Shown in pieces: positions 1-8,421 of a stretch of DNA of 64,000 bases. Below the pieces are notes generated by a model, which worked only from the letters and a program-made list of their open reading frames with translations, was not told where the DNA came from and ran no database searches. The stretch lies in contig DGVD01000002.1 in the NCBI GenBank assembly GCA_002395835.1, positions 22,678-86,677 on the forward strand, read 5' to 3'. Every line of letters begins with the position of its first letter. Within the stretch, counting starts at the first letter, position 1. The stretch is from Bacteroidales bacterium UBA4293 (GTDB taxonomy: Bacteria; Bacteroidota; Bacteroidia; Bacteroidales; Bacteroidaceae). The position numbers and the translations under genes are program-made.

Positions 1-1952
1 CGAGCTTGGATGGTACGGTAGCCGAACCTACGGAAAAGTTCCGGAGCGTTAGGGCAGTCCACCCGATGAATCTTGAAGCCACCGGTAGACGTGACGAAAC
101 CGAAGATTCTATCCCCATAGATAGGGTTGCAGCATTTAGCTAAGGTGAAGTCAACCCCTTTAAGATTTTCCCCGATAACTAGCACATCGCTGTTGGCATG
201 CGTCTTTAGTTCATCATCCTTCAGCTCAAAGTCCTGTGCAGTCTTAGCAGGAGCCGTTTCCAATTCCCCATGTTCCGCTTTTTGCAGATCGATATATTTA
301 TCCAGGATATCATTGATGTCGATGATGTTATTCACGATATCGCTGTAGAAGTCGTTGATTTGCTTGTAGCCCATCTTCTTCACCAACTTACCCATGACAG
401 CCTCTTCCATCTCCACCTTACGGTTCTTGAACTTTCGTTCCAAGGTTTCCCTTGCGAAGACATTCTGCTTGGCAGCGATTTCCTTCAGACTGAGACGAAT
501 TTTAGAGCGAGCCCGACTGGTGGTAACCACATTCAGCCAGTCCTGTTTAGGTTCCTGCTTATTCGACGTGAGGATTTCCACCTGATCGCCCGAAGAAAGC
601 TGTTCCCGGATGGGCACACCTTTTCCATTTACTCTTGCTCCGATGCAATGATCTCCGATACGCGAGTGGATATGGTAGGCAAAATCCAGCACGGTGGCTC
701 CCTTAGGCAGTTTGAAGAGATCGCCCTTCGGGGTGAAGACAAATACCTCATCTACATACAGATCCATCTTAAACTGGTTCATAGCCTCCTGGTTGTCCGT
801 ATTCTCCAGAGCCCTACGGATACTGTTCAGCCAGTCGTCCAGCCCTGCTTCACTCTTCACGCCCTTATAACGCCAGTGAGCAGCAAGACCCCGTTCAGCT
901 ATTTCATCCATACGCTCAGTACGAATCTGTACCTCCACCCATTTCTTCTGCGGACCCAACACAGTGATGTGAAGCGATTCGTATCCATTGCTCTTTGGCA
1001 CAGAAAGCCAGTCGCGCAAACGCTTTGGGTTAGGCTGATACATATCCGTAATGATAGAGTAAACCAGCCAGCAATCCGCCTTTTCCCGCTCTGGTTTAGA
1101 GTCTAGGATGATACGGATGGCAAAGAGATCGTACACCCCTTCGAAGGTAGTGTTCTGTTTCTTCATCTTCTGGTAGATGGAGTGGATACTCTTGGTGCGG
1201 CCCTTGACGTGACACTTCAGCCCCATGGATCTAAGTTTAGAGTCGATAGGCCGGATGAAGTCGGCTATATACTGGTCTCTGGCCTTTTTGGTGGCGTTCA
1301 GTTTCTCCTTAATATGATAGTAGGCGTCGTGCTCCAGGTATTTCAGGGAGAGATCCTCCAGTTCCGACTTCAGCTTATAGAGACCCAATTTGTGGGCTAG
1401 GGGAGCATAGAGAAAAGCCGCCTCACGGCTCACCTCCTGACGCGCTTCCTCGTTCTTAGATTTTCCTATCTGCCGCATCAGATTTACCCTGTCGGCAATC
1501 ATGATGAGCACCACCCGCATATCCTCTGCAAAAGAAAGCAGAAGGTCACGGAAGTTTTCACTCTCGATAGTAGGATTCTTAGCGTAGAGGTCGCTGATAC
1601 GGATGAGACCATGGATGATTCCACCCACATCTTCACCGAACAACTGACTGATCTTCTCGATGGAAACATACCCGCTTTTCACCACCCTATGCAGCATGAT
1701 GCTGAGGATGCTGGCACGCATCAGACCGATTTCACTGGCTACGATGACAGCCGTCTGCATATCCAGCACGATAGGGTTCAGTCCGAACGCATCACGCTGG
1801 ACCGATTTCTCCACAACGGCATCGATAAGTAACTGCTTGACTTGCTGACAGTCGTCCTCCTGCAGTGTAGTTCCAGACAATGTCTTTAACTCCTTATATA
1901 ATTCCGCTACAAGTTTTCTCTCGTTTATAGTTAAAAAAACGGTATCTTCCAT
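1..1952 (-). CDS. relA: RelA/SpoT-homolog (p)ppGpp synthetase, RelA-like; the 3' end runs off the left edge of the window
   Basis: My own minus-strand translation from ATG (1952-1950) gives MEDTVFLTINERKLVAELYKEL... It has synthetase motifs RTKSIHSIYQKMKKQ and YDLFAIRIIL, and a TGS segment VFTPKGDLFKLPKGATVLDFAYHIHSRIGDHCIGARVNGK. It is missing from the ORF track because its stop lies left of position 1. Confidence 0.9.
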   Translation of the reverse strand, partial: MEDTVFLTINERKLVAELYKELKTLSGTTLQEDDCQQVKQLLIDAVVEKSVQRDAFGLNPIVLDMQTAVIVASEIGLMRASILSIMLHRVVKSGYVSIEKISQLFGEDVGGIIHGLIRISDLYAKNPTIESENFRDLLLSFAEDMRVVLIMIADRVNLMRQIGKSKNEEARQEVSREAAFLYAPLAHKLGLYKLKSELEDLSLKYLEHDAYYHIKEKLNATKKARDQYIADFIRPIDSKLRSMGLKCHVKGRTKSIHSIYQKMKKQNTTFEGVYDLFAIRIILDSKPEREKADCWLVYSIITDMYQPNPKRLRDWLSVPKSNGYESLHITVLGPQKKWVEVQIRTERMDEIAERGLAAHWRYKGVKSEAGLDDWLNSIRRALENTDNQEAMNQFKMDLYVDEVFVFTPKGDLFKLPKGATVLDFAYHIHSRIGDHCIGARVNGKGVPIREQLSSGDQVEILTSNKQEPKQDWLNVVTTSRARSKIRLSLKEIAAKQNVFARETLERKFKNRKVEMEEAVMGKLVKKMGYKQINDFYSDIVNNIIDINDILDKYIDLQKAEHGELETAPAKTAQDFELKDDELKTHANSDVLVIGENLKGVDFTLAKCCNPIYGDRIFGFVTSTGGFKIHRVDCPNAPELFRRFGYRTIQA

Positions 1953-2048
1953 TCTTTGCGAATTTTAGTTTCCAAAATTACACATTTTCTCTGAAAACTT
2001 TGGCTTTTCCCGTGAAAAAATGTAATTTTGGGGCATAAATTAAATTAG

Positions 2049-2056
2049 TATATTTG
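2049..2056 (+). promoter_or_regulatory. Bacteroidota-type -7 promoter box (TAtaTTTG)
   Basis: Matches the TAnnTTTG consensus 23 nt upstream of ATG 2079. Confidence 0.6.
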
Positions 2057-2078
2057 CATCCATCTAAATTTTAAAACT

Positions 2079-3596
2079 ATGTTGACACAAGAAGACAGAG
2101 AACTTTTGGCAAAGAAAGGCATTTCCGAGGAAAAGCTAGCTGAGCAGTTGAATGATTTCAAGACAGGATTCCCTTATCTGGAGCTGGATGGAGCTGCAGC
2201 TATAGGCAACGGCATCATGGCGATAGATGAAGAGAAAGAAAAGGCATACGCCAAGGCATGGGACGCTTACAAGCTGGGTGACAAGACCATTGTGAAGTTT
2301 GTACCCGCATCTGGAGCCGCAAGCCGTATGTTTAAGAATATGTTCGAGTTCCTGGGCGCCGACTATGATGTACCTACTACCGACTTCGAGAAGAAGTTCT
2401 TTGAGCGTATACACGATTTCGCCTTCTATGAGGATCTGAACGATGCCTGCATGAGAAATCAGGCTAAAGACATTGACACTCTGGTGGGAGAAGGCCAGTA
2501 CAAGGCAGTAGTAGCCAACTTGTTGGAGAGTGCCGGACTAAATTACGGACAGCTTCCAAAAGGCCTGCTGAAGTTCCACAAATACGAAGAAGGAGCACGC
2601 ACTCCGCTGGAAGAACACCTGGTGGAAGGTTCACTGTATGCAGCCAACAAGAGTGGTGACGTGAACGTACATTTCACAGTATCACCAGAGCACCGTTCTC
2701 TGTTTGAGAAACTGGTGGATCAGAAAGTAAGCGACTATGCAGCGAAGTTCGGCACCAAGTATCATGTTTCCTTCTCAGAGCAGAAACCAAGTACCGACAC
2801 CGTGGCTGCTACGATGGACAACGAGCCATTCCGTACCGATGGTAAGCTGCTTTTCCGTCCAGGAGGACATGGAGCTCTGATAGAGAACCTGAACGACCTG
2901 GATGCAGACATCGTATTCGTGAAAAATATAGATAATGTGGTGCCAGATCGTCTGAAGGGTGATACCGTGACCTACAAGAAAGTGATAGCAGGTGTGCTGG
3001 TGACTCTGCAGAAGAAGGCATTTGAGTATCTGAACCTATTGGATACCGGAAAGTACACTCACAGCCAGTTGGAGGAGATGATTCACTTCTTGCAGCATGA
3101 CTTGTGCTGCCGCAATCCGAAACTGAAACTTCTGGAGGATGCAGAACTGGTAGTTTACTTGAAGAATAAGTTGAATCGCCCAATGCGTGTGGCAGGTGTG
3201 GTAAAGAACGTAGGTGAACCAGGTGGAGGCCCGTTCCGTGCCTATAATTCCGACGGTACCATTTCCCTGCAGATTCTGGAAAGTAGCCAGATAGACACCA
3301 AAGACCCCGCAAAGAAGGCCATGTTCGAGAACGGATCACACTTTAATCCAGTGGATTTGGTTTGCGCCATCAAAGACTATAAGGGTAAGAAGTTCGACCT
3401 GGTTAAGTATGTGGATAAATCCACCGGTTTCATCTCTTACAAGAGCAAGAACGGTAAAGAACTGAAGGCACTGGAGCTTCCTGGACTTTGGAACGGTGCT
3501 ATGAGCGACTGGAACACTGTATTCGTAGAAGTACCACTGTCAACCTTCAATCCAGTTAAGACTGTGAACGACCTGCTTCGTCCACAACATCAATAA
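2079..3596 (+). CDS. DUF4301-family protein, possibly a UDP-sugar-pyrophosphorylase-like nucleotidyltransferase
   Basis: 505-aa ORF behind a -7 box. Motifs PASGAASRMFK and FRPGGHGALIENL resemble the Gly-rich loop and PxGHG motif of UDPGP-type enzymes. The family name is from memory. Confidence 0.8.
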   Translation: MLTQEDRELLAKKGISEEKLAEQLNDFKTGFPYLELDGAAAIGNGIMAIDEEKEKAYAKAWDAYKLGDKTIVKFVPASGAASRMFKNMFEFLGADYDVPTTDFEKKFFERIHDFAFYEDLNDACMRNQAKDIDTLVGEGQYKAVVANLLESAGLNYGQLPKGLLKFHKYEEGARTPLEEHLVEGSLYAANKSGDVNVHFTVSPEHRSLFEKLVDQKVSDYAAKFGTKYHVSFSEQKPSTDTVAATMDNEPFRTDGKLLFRPGGHGALIENLNDLDADIVFVKNIDNVVPDRLKGDTVTYKKVIAGVLVTLQKKAFEYLNLLDTGKYTHSQLEEMIHFLQHDLCCRNPKLKLLEDAELVVYLKNKLNRPMRVAGVVKNVGEPGGGPFRAYNSDGTISLQILESSQIDTKDPAKKAMFENGSHFNPVDLVCAIKDYKGKKFDLVKYVDKSTGFISYKSKNGKELKALELPGLWNGAMSDWNTVFVEVPLSTFNPVKTVNDLLRPQHQ

Positions 3597-3633
3597 CAAG
3601 CCATTTTACTAACGTAAAACATACTGACTGATA

Positions 3634-4797
3634 ATGAAAAAGATTCTTTTGCTGGGTTCCGGTGAGTTGGGCAAAGAGTTTGTGATTGCCTGCAAACGAC
3701 TGGGCCAGTATGTAGTAGCCTGCGACAAGTATGCAGGTGCGCCTGCCATGCAGGTGGCAGATGAGTGCGAAGTTTTTAGCATGCTAGACGGCGATGCTCT
3801 GATGGCAGCAGTGAAGAAACACAAGCCAGACATCATCGTTCCAGAGATAGAGGCCATCCGCACGGAGAAACTCTACGAGTGTGAGAAAATGGGCATTCAG
3901 GTAGTACCAAGCGCACGTGCCGTGAACTACACCATGAACCGCAAGGCTATACGCGAGCTAGCCCATACAGAACTAGGCTTGAAGACAGCTAACTACAAGT
4001 ATGCATCTACCTACGAAGAGTTTACCAAAGCTGCTGAGGAAATAGGTTATCCATTTATCGTGAAGCCACTGATGTCCTCATCCGGACACGGACAGAGCAA
4101 GGTAAACTCCCCAGAAGAACTGGAGAAAGCCTGGAAGATAGCAGCTGAAGGAGCCAGAGGTGATATCAAGGAAGTGATAGTGGAACAATTCATCCGCTTC
4201 GATTCCGAGATTACCCTGCTGACCGTGACTCAACAGAACGGTGAGACCCTGTTCTGTGCCCCAATAGGCCACGTTCAGATAGGAGGAGATTACCGTGAGA
4301 GCTTCCAACCAGCTGTGGTTACTCCAGAACAACTGGCAGAGGCTCAGCGCATGGCTGCTACAGTGACCAAGGCGCTGACTGGTGCAGGTATCTGGGGTGT
4401 AGAGTTCTTCCTGAGCAAGGAACACGGAGTATACTTCAGCGAACTTTCACCACGTCCGCATGACACCGGTATGGTAACTTTGGCTGGTACACAAAATTTG
4501 ACCGAGTTTGAGTTACATTGCCGTGCCGTACTGGGTCTGCCTATTCCTGAGATTAGCTTGGATCGCCAAGGCGCTAGTGCCGTGATTCTTTCTGGAATAG
4601 AGAAACAGTGCCCAGACTACAAGGGTATGGAAGACGTATGCGCTGCTAAGCAGACCTACCTTCGCATCTTCGGTAAACCTGATGCACACGTAGGACGCCG
4701 CATGGGAGTGGTAGTATGTTGGGATAAACTAGGAGAGAGCCAAGATGCCCTGCGTGACAAATGCAAGGGTTTGGCTGCCAAAGTAACCGTTTGCTAA
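3634..4797 (+). CDS. purT: Formate-dependent phosphoribosylglycinamide formyltransferase (GAR transformylase 2)
   Basis: 387 aa. N-terminus [27 protein letters not shown]-grasp-type body (ATP-grasp fold), PEIEAI and SPRPHDTGM motifs typical of PurT. Confidence 0.93.
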   Translation: MKKILLLGSGELGKEFVIACKRLGQYVVACDKYAGAPAMQVADECEVFSMLDGDALMAAVKKHKPDIIVPEIEAIRTEKLYECEKMGIQVVPSARAVNYTMNRKAIRELAHTELGLKTANYKYASTYEEFTKAAEEIGYPFIVKPLMSSSGHGQSKVNSPEELEKAWKIAAEGARGDIKEVIVEQFIRFDSEITLLTVTQQNGETLFCAPIGHVQIGGDYRESFQPAVVTPEQLAEAQRMAATVTKALTGAGIWGVEFFLSKEHGVYFSELSPRPHDTGMVTLAGTQNLTEFELHCRAVLGLPIPEISLDRQGASAVILSGIEKQCPDYKGMEDVCAAKQTYLRIFGKPDAHVGRRMGVVVCWDKLGESQDALRDKCKGLAAKVTVC

Positions 4798-4827
4798 AAA
4801 CGTAGGAACCTAAAGCATGAAAAAAAG

Positions 4828-4856
4828 AACCCGGGAAGAGTCCATCTTTCCGGGTT
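4828..4856. terminator. Bidirectional stem-loop between convergent purT and a lipoprotein gene
   Basis: AACCCGG (4828-4834) pairs with CCGGGTT (4850-4856). An A-run lies upstream and Ts follow. Confidence 0.5.
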
Positions 4857-4878
4857 TACATTTCTTTTACATGGATGT

Positions 4879-5298
4879 TTATTTCTTGTTTTCCTTCATC
4901 CAATCCATCCACCTTTTATAAGTAGCAGGGTCGTGACTACGTACATGCTTGCCAGCAGCACTGATGATATTCGCTTCCACCATCTCTAGGGTGAAATTGT
5001 CATTGACACCCGTCTTCTGCTGAGACACACACTGAATTTTGCCTTCCTCATCAATTTGGTAATTGAACACCTTTTGGTAGTTGTTCACTTGATCCACCTT
5101 TTTCTTATACATACGGTTGTCTACACCCAGTCCAGCCCCGTTAGCATCAGGAGCAGTGAGGAAGAAGAACTCATAATATGTGGAATCGGCCAGAGAAAAC
5201 CCATAGTCTTGGAAATTCTTGGCATAAGAGCCATACTTGTCGCAGCCAGTGAAGACCAGCAGGACAAAGAGAAGCGTGATAAATGACTTTACTTTCAT
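4879..5298 (-). CDS. Small lipoprotein, function unknown
   Basis: MKVKSFITLLFVLLVFTGCDKY has a signal peptide plus a lipobox Cys. I moved the start to ATG 5298 because the track start (5325) overlaps the -7 box at 5323-5330. Confidence 0.8.
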   Translation of the reverse strand: MKVKSFITLLFVLLVFTGCDKYGSYAKNFQDYGFSLADSTYYEFFFLTAPDANGAGLGVDNRMYKKKVDQVNNYQKVFNYQIDEEGKIQCVSQQKTGVNDNFTLEMVEANIISAAGKHVRSHDPATYKRWMDWMKENKK

Positions 5299-5322
5299 AA
5301 TCCTTAATAATTTTACAAGATG

Positions 5323-5330
5323 CAAATATA
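5323..5330 (-). promoter_or_regulatory. -7 promoter box (TAtaTTTG on minus strand)
   Basis: The plus strand reads CAAATATA, 25 nt upstream of ATG 5298. Confidence 0.55.
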
Positions 5331-5484
5331 CGTATTTTTTGTATCATTTGTTATGTTGCCTATTCGTTTTTTTGCACATGACTTGATTTGTTTGCGCATT
5401 TTAGTGTAAAACAACGTTAAAAAGTGTAAAATATCCGATGAATATGCATTATGGAAATAGTTTCAAGTGTAACTTTGTTACTGC

Positions 5485-5688
5485 ATGAATGACATAACTA
5501 CACAAGAACATACTGCCGAGGACTATTACCTGATGGGTAATGAATACAGGAAGACAGGTGATTTCAGCTCGGCTATGAACTGTTACATGGAAGCTTTGGA
5601 ACTAGATCCCGATAGTCCGGCAGAAGAAGCCCTACACATGCTGCAGGACATTATGGAATTTTATTGCAAGGATTATTATAATCCTTAA
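5485..5688 (+). CDS. Small TPR-like protein leading the oxidoreductase operon
   Basis: 67 aa. YYLMGNEYRKTGDFSSAMNCYMEALELDP is a canonical TPR unit. TAacTTTG at 5470-5477 leaves only about 8 nt before the ATG. Confidence 0.7.
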   Translation: MNDITTQEHTAEDYYLMGNEYRKTGDFSSAMNCYMEALELDPDSPAEEALHMLQDIMEFYCKDYYNP

Positions 5689-5724
5689 TTAGAGGAAGCG
5701 ATAAACCTATTTACACTAAACTAT

Positions 5725-5970
5725 ATGAGTACGAATAGAGGAGCTATTGTAGTCGACAAAGACCGTTGCAAAGGATGTGCCCTTTGCGTATTGGCATGCT
5801 CGAAGGGAGTTATTTCCCTAGCCGTAAGGAAAGTCAACGTACATGGCTATCCTTATGTGGAGCCTATGAATCCTGACAATTGTATAGGATGTGCATCATG
5901 CGCCATAGTATGTCCAGATGGATGTATCGAGGTGTATCGTAAAATAATAGACAAAGAAGATGAACAATGA
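5725..5970 (+). CDS. 2-oxoacid:ferredoxin oxidoreductase delta subunit (4Fe-4S dicluster ferredoxin)
   Basis: Two CxxCxxCxxxC motifs: CKGCALCVLAC and CIGCASCAIVCP. Confidence 0.9.
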   Translation: MSTNRGAIVVDKDRCKGCALCVLACSKGVISLAVRKVNVHGYPYVEPMNPDNCIGCASCAIVCPDGCIEVYRKIIDKEDEQ

Positions 5971-7045
5971 AGTAACATTGCTGAAAGGAAATGAAGCCAT
6001 AGCCTATGCAGCCATTCGCTGCGGAGCTGATGCTTTTTTCGGTTACCCCATAACCCCACAGTCGGAAATAATAGAAACCCTGTCGCTCCTAAAGCCATGG
6101 GAAACCACCGGTATGGTAGTAGTTCAGGCAGAGAGCGAAGTGGCATCCATCAACATGGTGTATGGTGGAGCGGGGGCAGGGAAGCGAGTATTTACTACCT
6201 CATCCAGTCCCGGTGTGGCTTTGATGCAAGAAGGTATTTCCTTTATGGCTGGATCTGAGATTCCCGGAGTGATAGTAAATGTACAACGTGGTGGTCCCGG
6301 TTTAGGAACCATTCAGCCCAGTCAGAGCGACTATTTCCAGGCTACTCGAGGTGGAGGCAACGGAGATTACAATGTGATAGTATTGGCCCCCAATTCCGTA
6401 CAGGAGATGGCCGATTTCATGGATTTGGCCTTTACGTTGGCCTTCAGGTACCGTAATCCGGCAATGATTCTGAGTGATGGCGTCATTGGTCAGATGATGG
6501 AGAAAGTGGTGCTTCCAGAGCAGAAACCTCGTCGTACTGAGGAGCAAATTCGCAAGGAGTGTCCATGGGCTACGATTGGAAGGACTAAAGATCGCCAGCC
6601 TAATATCCTTACTTCACTGGAGTTGAAGCCAGAGATTATGGAAGCCAGAAACATTCACCTTCAGGAGAAATACGCCACTATCCGTGAGAAAGAAGTCCGC
6701 TATGAGACCATCAACTGCGAGGATGCAGACTATCTGATAGTGGCCTTCGGCAGTGCTGCACGCATTTCAGAGAAGAGTATGGAGATAGCTCGTGGCAAAG
6801 GAGAAAAGGTGGGACTTTTCCGCCCTATAACCCTGTGGCCATTCCCAGAGCGCCAGTTGGCAGAGATAGCCAAAGGCAAGAAAGGAATTTTAGTAGCAGA
6901 GATTAATGCAGGGCAGATGGTAGAGGATGTTCGCCTAGCCATCAACGGAGCTGTGCCTGTGGAGCATTTCGGCCGACTAGGCGGCATTGTACCAGACCCA
7001 CAGGAGATAGTGGAAGCCTTAGAAACTAAAATGATGAGGAAATGA
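5960..7045 (+). CDS. 2-oxoacid:ferredoxin oxidoreductase alpha subunit (Kor/Vor type; substrate not determinable)
   Basis: 361 aa. GNEAIAYAAIRCGADAFFGYPITPQSE is the typical OFOR alpha N-terminus. It overlaps the delta gene by 11 nt. Confidence 0.9.
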   Translation: MNNEVTLLKGNEAIAYAAIRCGADAFFGYPITPQSEIIETLSLLKPWETTGMVVVQAESEVASINMVYGGAGAGKRVFTTSSSPGVALMQEGISFMAGSEIPGVIVNVQRGGPGLGTIQPSQSDYFQATRGGGNGDYNVIVLAPNSVQEMADFMDLAFTLAFRYRNPAMILSDGVIGQMMEKVVLPEQKPRRTEEQIRKECPWATIGRTKDRQPNILTSLELKPEIMEARNIHLQEKYATIREKEVRYETINCEDADYLIVAFGSAARISEKSMEIARGKGEKVGLFRPITLWPFPERQLAEIAKGKKGILVAEINAGQMVEDVRLAINGAVPVEHFGRLGGIVPDPQEIVEALETKMMRK

Positions 7046-7815
7046 CAGAAAACGATATCATATCACCTGAGAATCTGGTCTACAAGAAACCAGAACTGAT
7101 GAACGATACTCCCATGCATTATTGTCCAGGATGTTCTCATGGAGTGGTTCATAAGCTTATAGCAGAAATTATAGAAGAGATGGGCATGGAGGAGAAGACC
7201 GTGGGCGTCAGTCCAGTGGGGTGTGCCGTATTTGCCTATCGTTATTTGGACATCGACTGGCAAGAAGCCGCACACGGACGTGCACCAGCACTTGCCACAG
7301 CTATTAAGAGACTCTGGCCAGATCGGCTGGTTTTCACCTATCAAGGAGATGGTGACCTAGCATGCATCGGTACAGCAGAGACTATTCATGCACTGAACCG
7401 TGGTGAACATATAGCCATAATCTTCATCAACAATGCCATTTACGGTATGACAGGTGGCCAGATGGCACCAACCACGCTGATAGGACAGAAAACATCGACA
7501 TGTCCTTACGGTCGTGATCCTGAGTTGCATGGTTATCCGTTGAACATCACAGAAATAGCTTCAACCTTAAGAGGGACCTGCTATGTGAGTCGCCAAAGCG
7601 TAGACACCGTAGGTTCCATTCTGAAAGCTAAGAAAGCCATACGTAAGGCCTTTGAGGCTTCTATGAAAGGGCTAGGATCCAGCCTGGTAGAGATTGTATC
7701 GACCTGCAACAGCGGTTGGAAACTTTCTCCAGCTGAGGCCAACGAATGGATGCGTGAGAAAATGTTCAAGGAATATGTGAAAGGTGATCTTAAGGACACC
7801 ACAAATCTTAAATAA
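7042..7815 (+). CDS. 2-oxoacid:ferredoxin oxidoreductase beta subunit (TPP-binding)
   Basis: Cys motif HYCPGCSHG and TPP motif YQGDGDLACIG...NNAIYGMTGGQ. ATGA overlap with the alpha gene. Confidence 0.92.
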   Translation: MTENDIISPENLVYKKPELMNDTPMHYCPGCSHGVVHKLIAEIIEEMGMEEKTVGVSPVGCAVFAYRYLDIDWQEAAHGRAPALATAIKRLWPDRLVFTYQGDGDLACIGTAETIHALNRGEHIAIIFINNAIYGMTGGQMAPTTLIGQKTSTCPYGRDPELHGYPLNITEIASTLRGTCYVSRQSVDTVGSILKAKKAIRKAFEASMKGLGSSLVEIVSTCNSGWKLSPAEANEWMREKMFKEYVKGDLKDTTNLK

Positions 7816-7819
7816 GCAA

Positions 7820-8362
7820 ATGAAAAAAGAAATAATCATATCCGGCTTTGGTGGACAGGGAGTGCTTTCTATGGGTAAGATTCTGGCATATTCCGGACTT
7901 ATGGAAGACAAAGAGGTGACCTGGATGCCTTCCTATGGTCCTGAACAACGTGGTGGAACAGCCAACTGTACTGTCATCGTGAGTGATGAACGAATATCTT
8001 CACCTATCTTGAGCCGTTACGATATAGCTATAGTACTGAATCAGCCATCGCTGGATAGGTTCATGCCACTGATTAAGCCAGGCGGTATTTTGATTTATGA
8101 TAGTTACGGCATATTAAACAAGCCATCTCGCAGTGATATTCATATCTATCAGATAGATGCGATGGATAAGGCAGCAGAGCTAAAAAATGCAAAGGTTTTC
8201 AATATGATAGTCCTTGGAGGGCTGTTGAAAGTGTGCCCAGTAGTAAGTACTGACGGACTGAAGAAAGCGCTCTACAAGACCCTTCCAGAACGTCATCATG
8301 AAATGATTCCTTTAAACATGAAAGCTGTGCAAGTAGGCATGGATTTGATAGAAGAGGCCTGA
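7820..8362 (+). CDS. 2-oxoacid:ferredoxin oxidoreductase gamma subunit
   Basis: MKKEIIISGFGGQGVLSMGKILA is the typical gamma N-terminus. I chose the internal ATG 7820, just after the beta stop, rather than the track start 7784. Confidence 0.88.
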   Translation: MKKEIIISGFGGQGVLSMGKILAYSGLMEDKEVTWMPSYGPEQRGGTANCTVIVSDERISSPILSRYDIAIVLNQPSLDRFMPLIKPGGILIYDSYGILNKPSRSDIHIYQIDAMDKAAELKNAKVFNMIVLGGLLKVCPVVSTDGLKKALYKTLPERHHEMIPLNMKAVQVGMDLIEEA

Positions 8363-8390
8363 ATTCTTTTGGGATTCTCCATATTTTACT

Positions 8391-8398
8391 TATCTTTG
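8391..8398 (+). promoter_or_regulatory. -7 promoter box (TAtcTTTG)
   Basis: 24 nt upstream of ATG 8422. Confidence 0.6.
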
Positions 8399-8421
8399 CA
8401 CTCTGAAAAGATTGTTTATAT

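Noticed and set aside
127-1848. Plus-strand track ORFs 127-348, 270-1106, 394-585, 1182-1400, 1611-1832 and 1660-1848
   Set aside because: They are antisense shadows of the minus-strand relA-like gene, whose translation shows clear RSH motifs over the whole interval. Their products look like low-complexity nonsense.
2809-3339. 176-aa minus-strand ORF inside the DUF4301 gene, plus similar internal antisense ORFs at 16168-16659, 23503-23931, 45378-45752, 52905-53285 and 60843-61319
   Set aside because: Each is nested antisense within a longer ORF that has recognisable family motifs. Their products lack recognisable motifs and their starts lack promoter boxes.
7784-7819. The longer N-terminus of the oxidoreductase gamma subunit given in the track
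   Set aside because: It would overlap the beta subunit by 32 nt. The conserved gamma N-terminus (MKKEIIISGFGGQGV) begins at ATG 7820, right after the beta stop.
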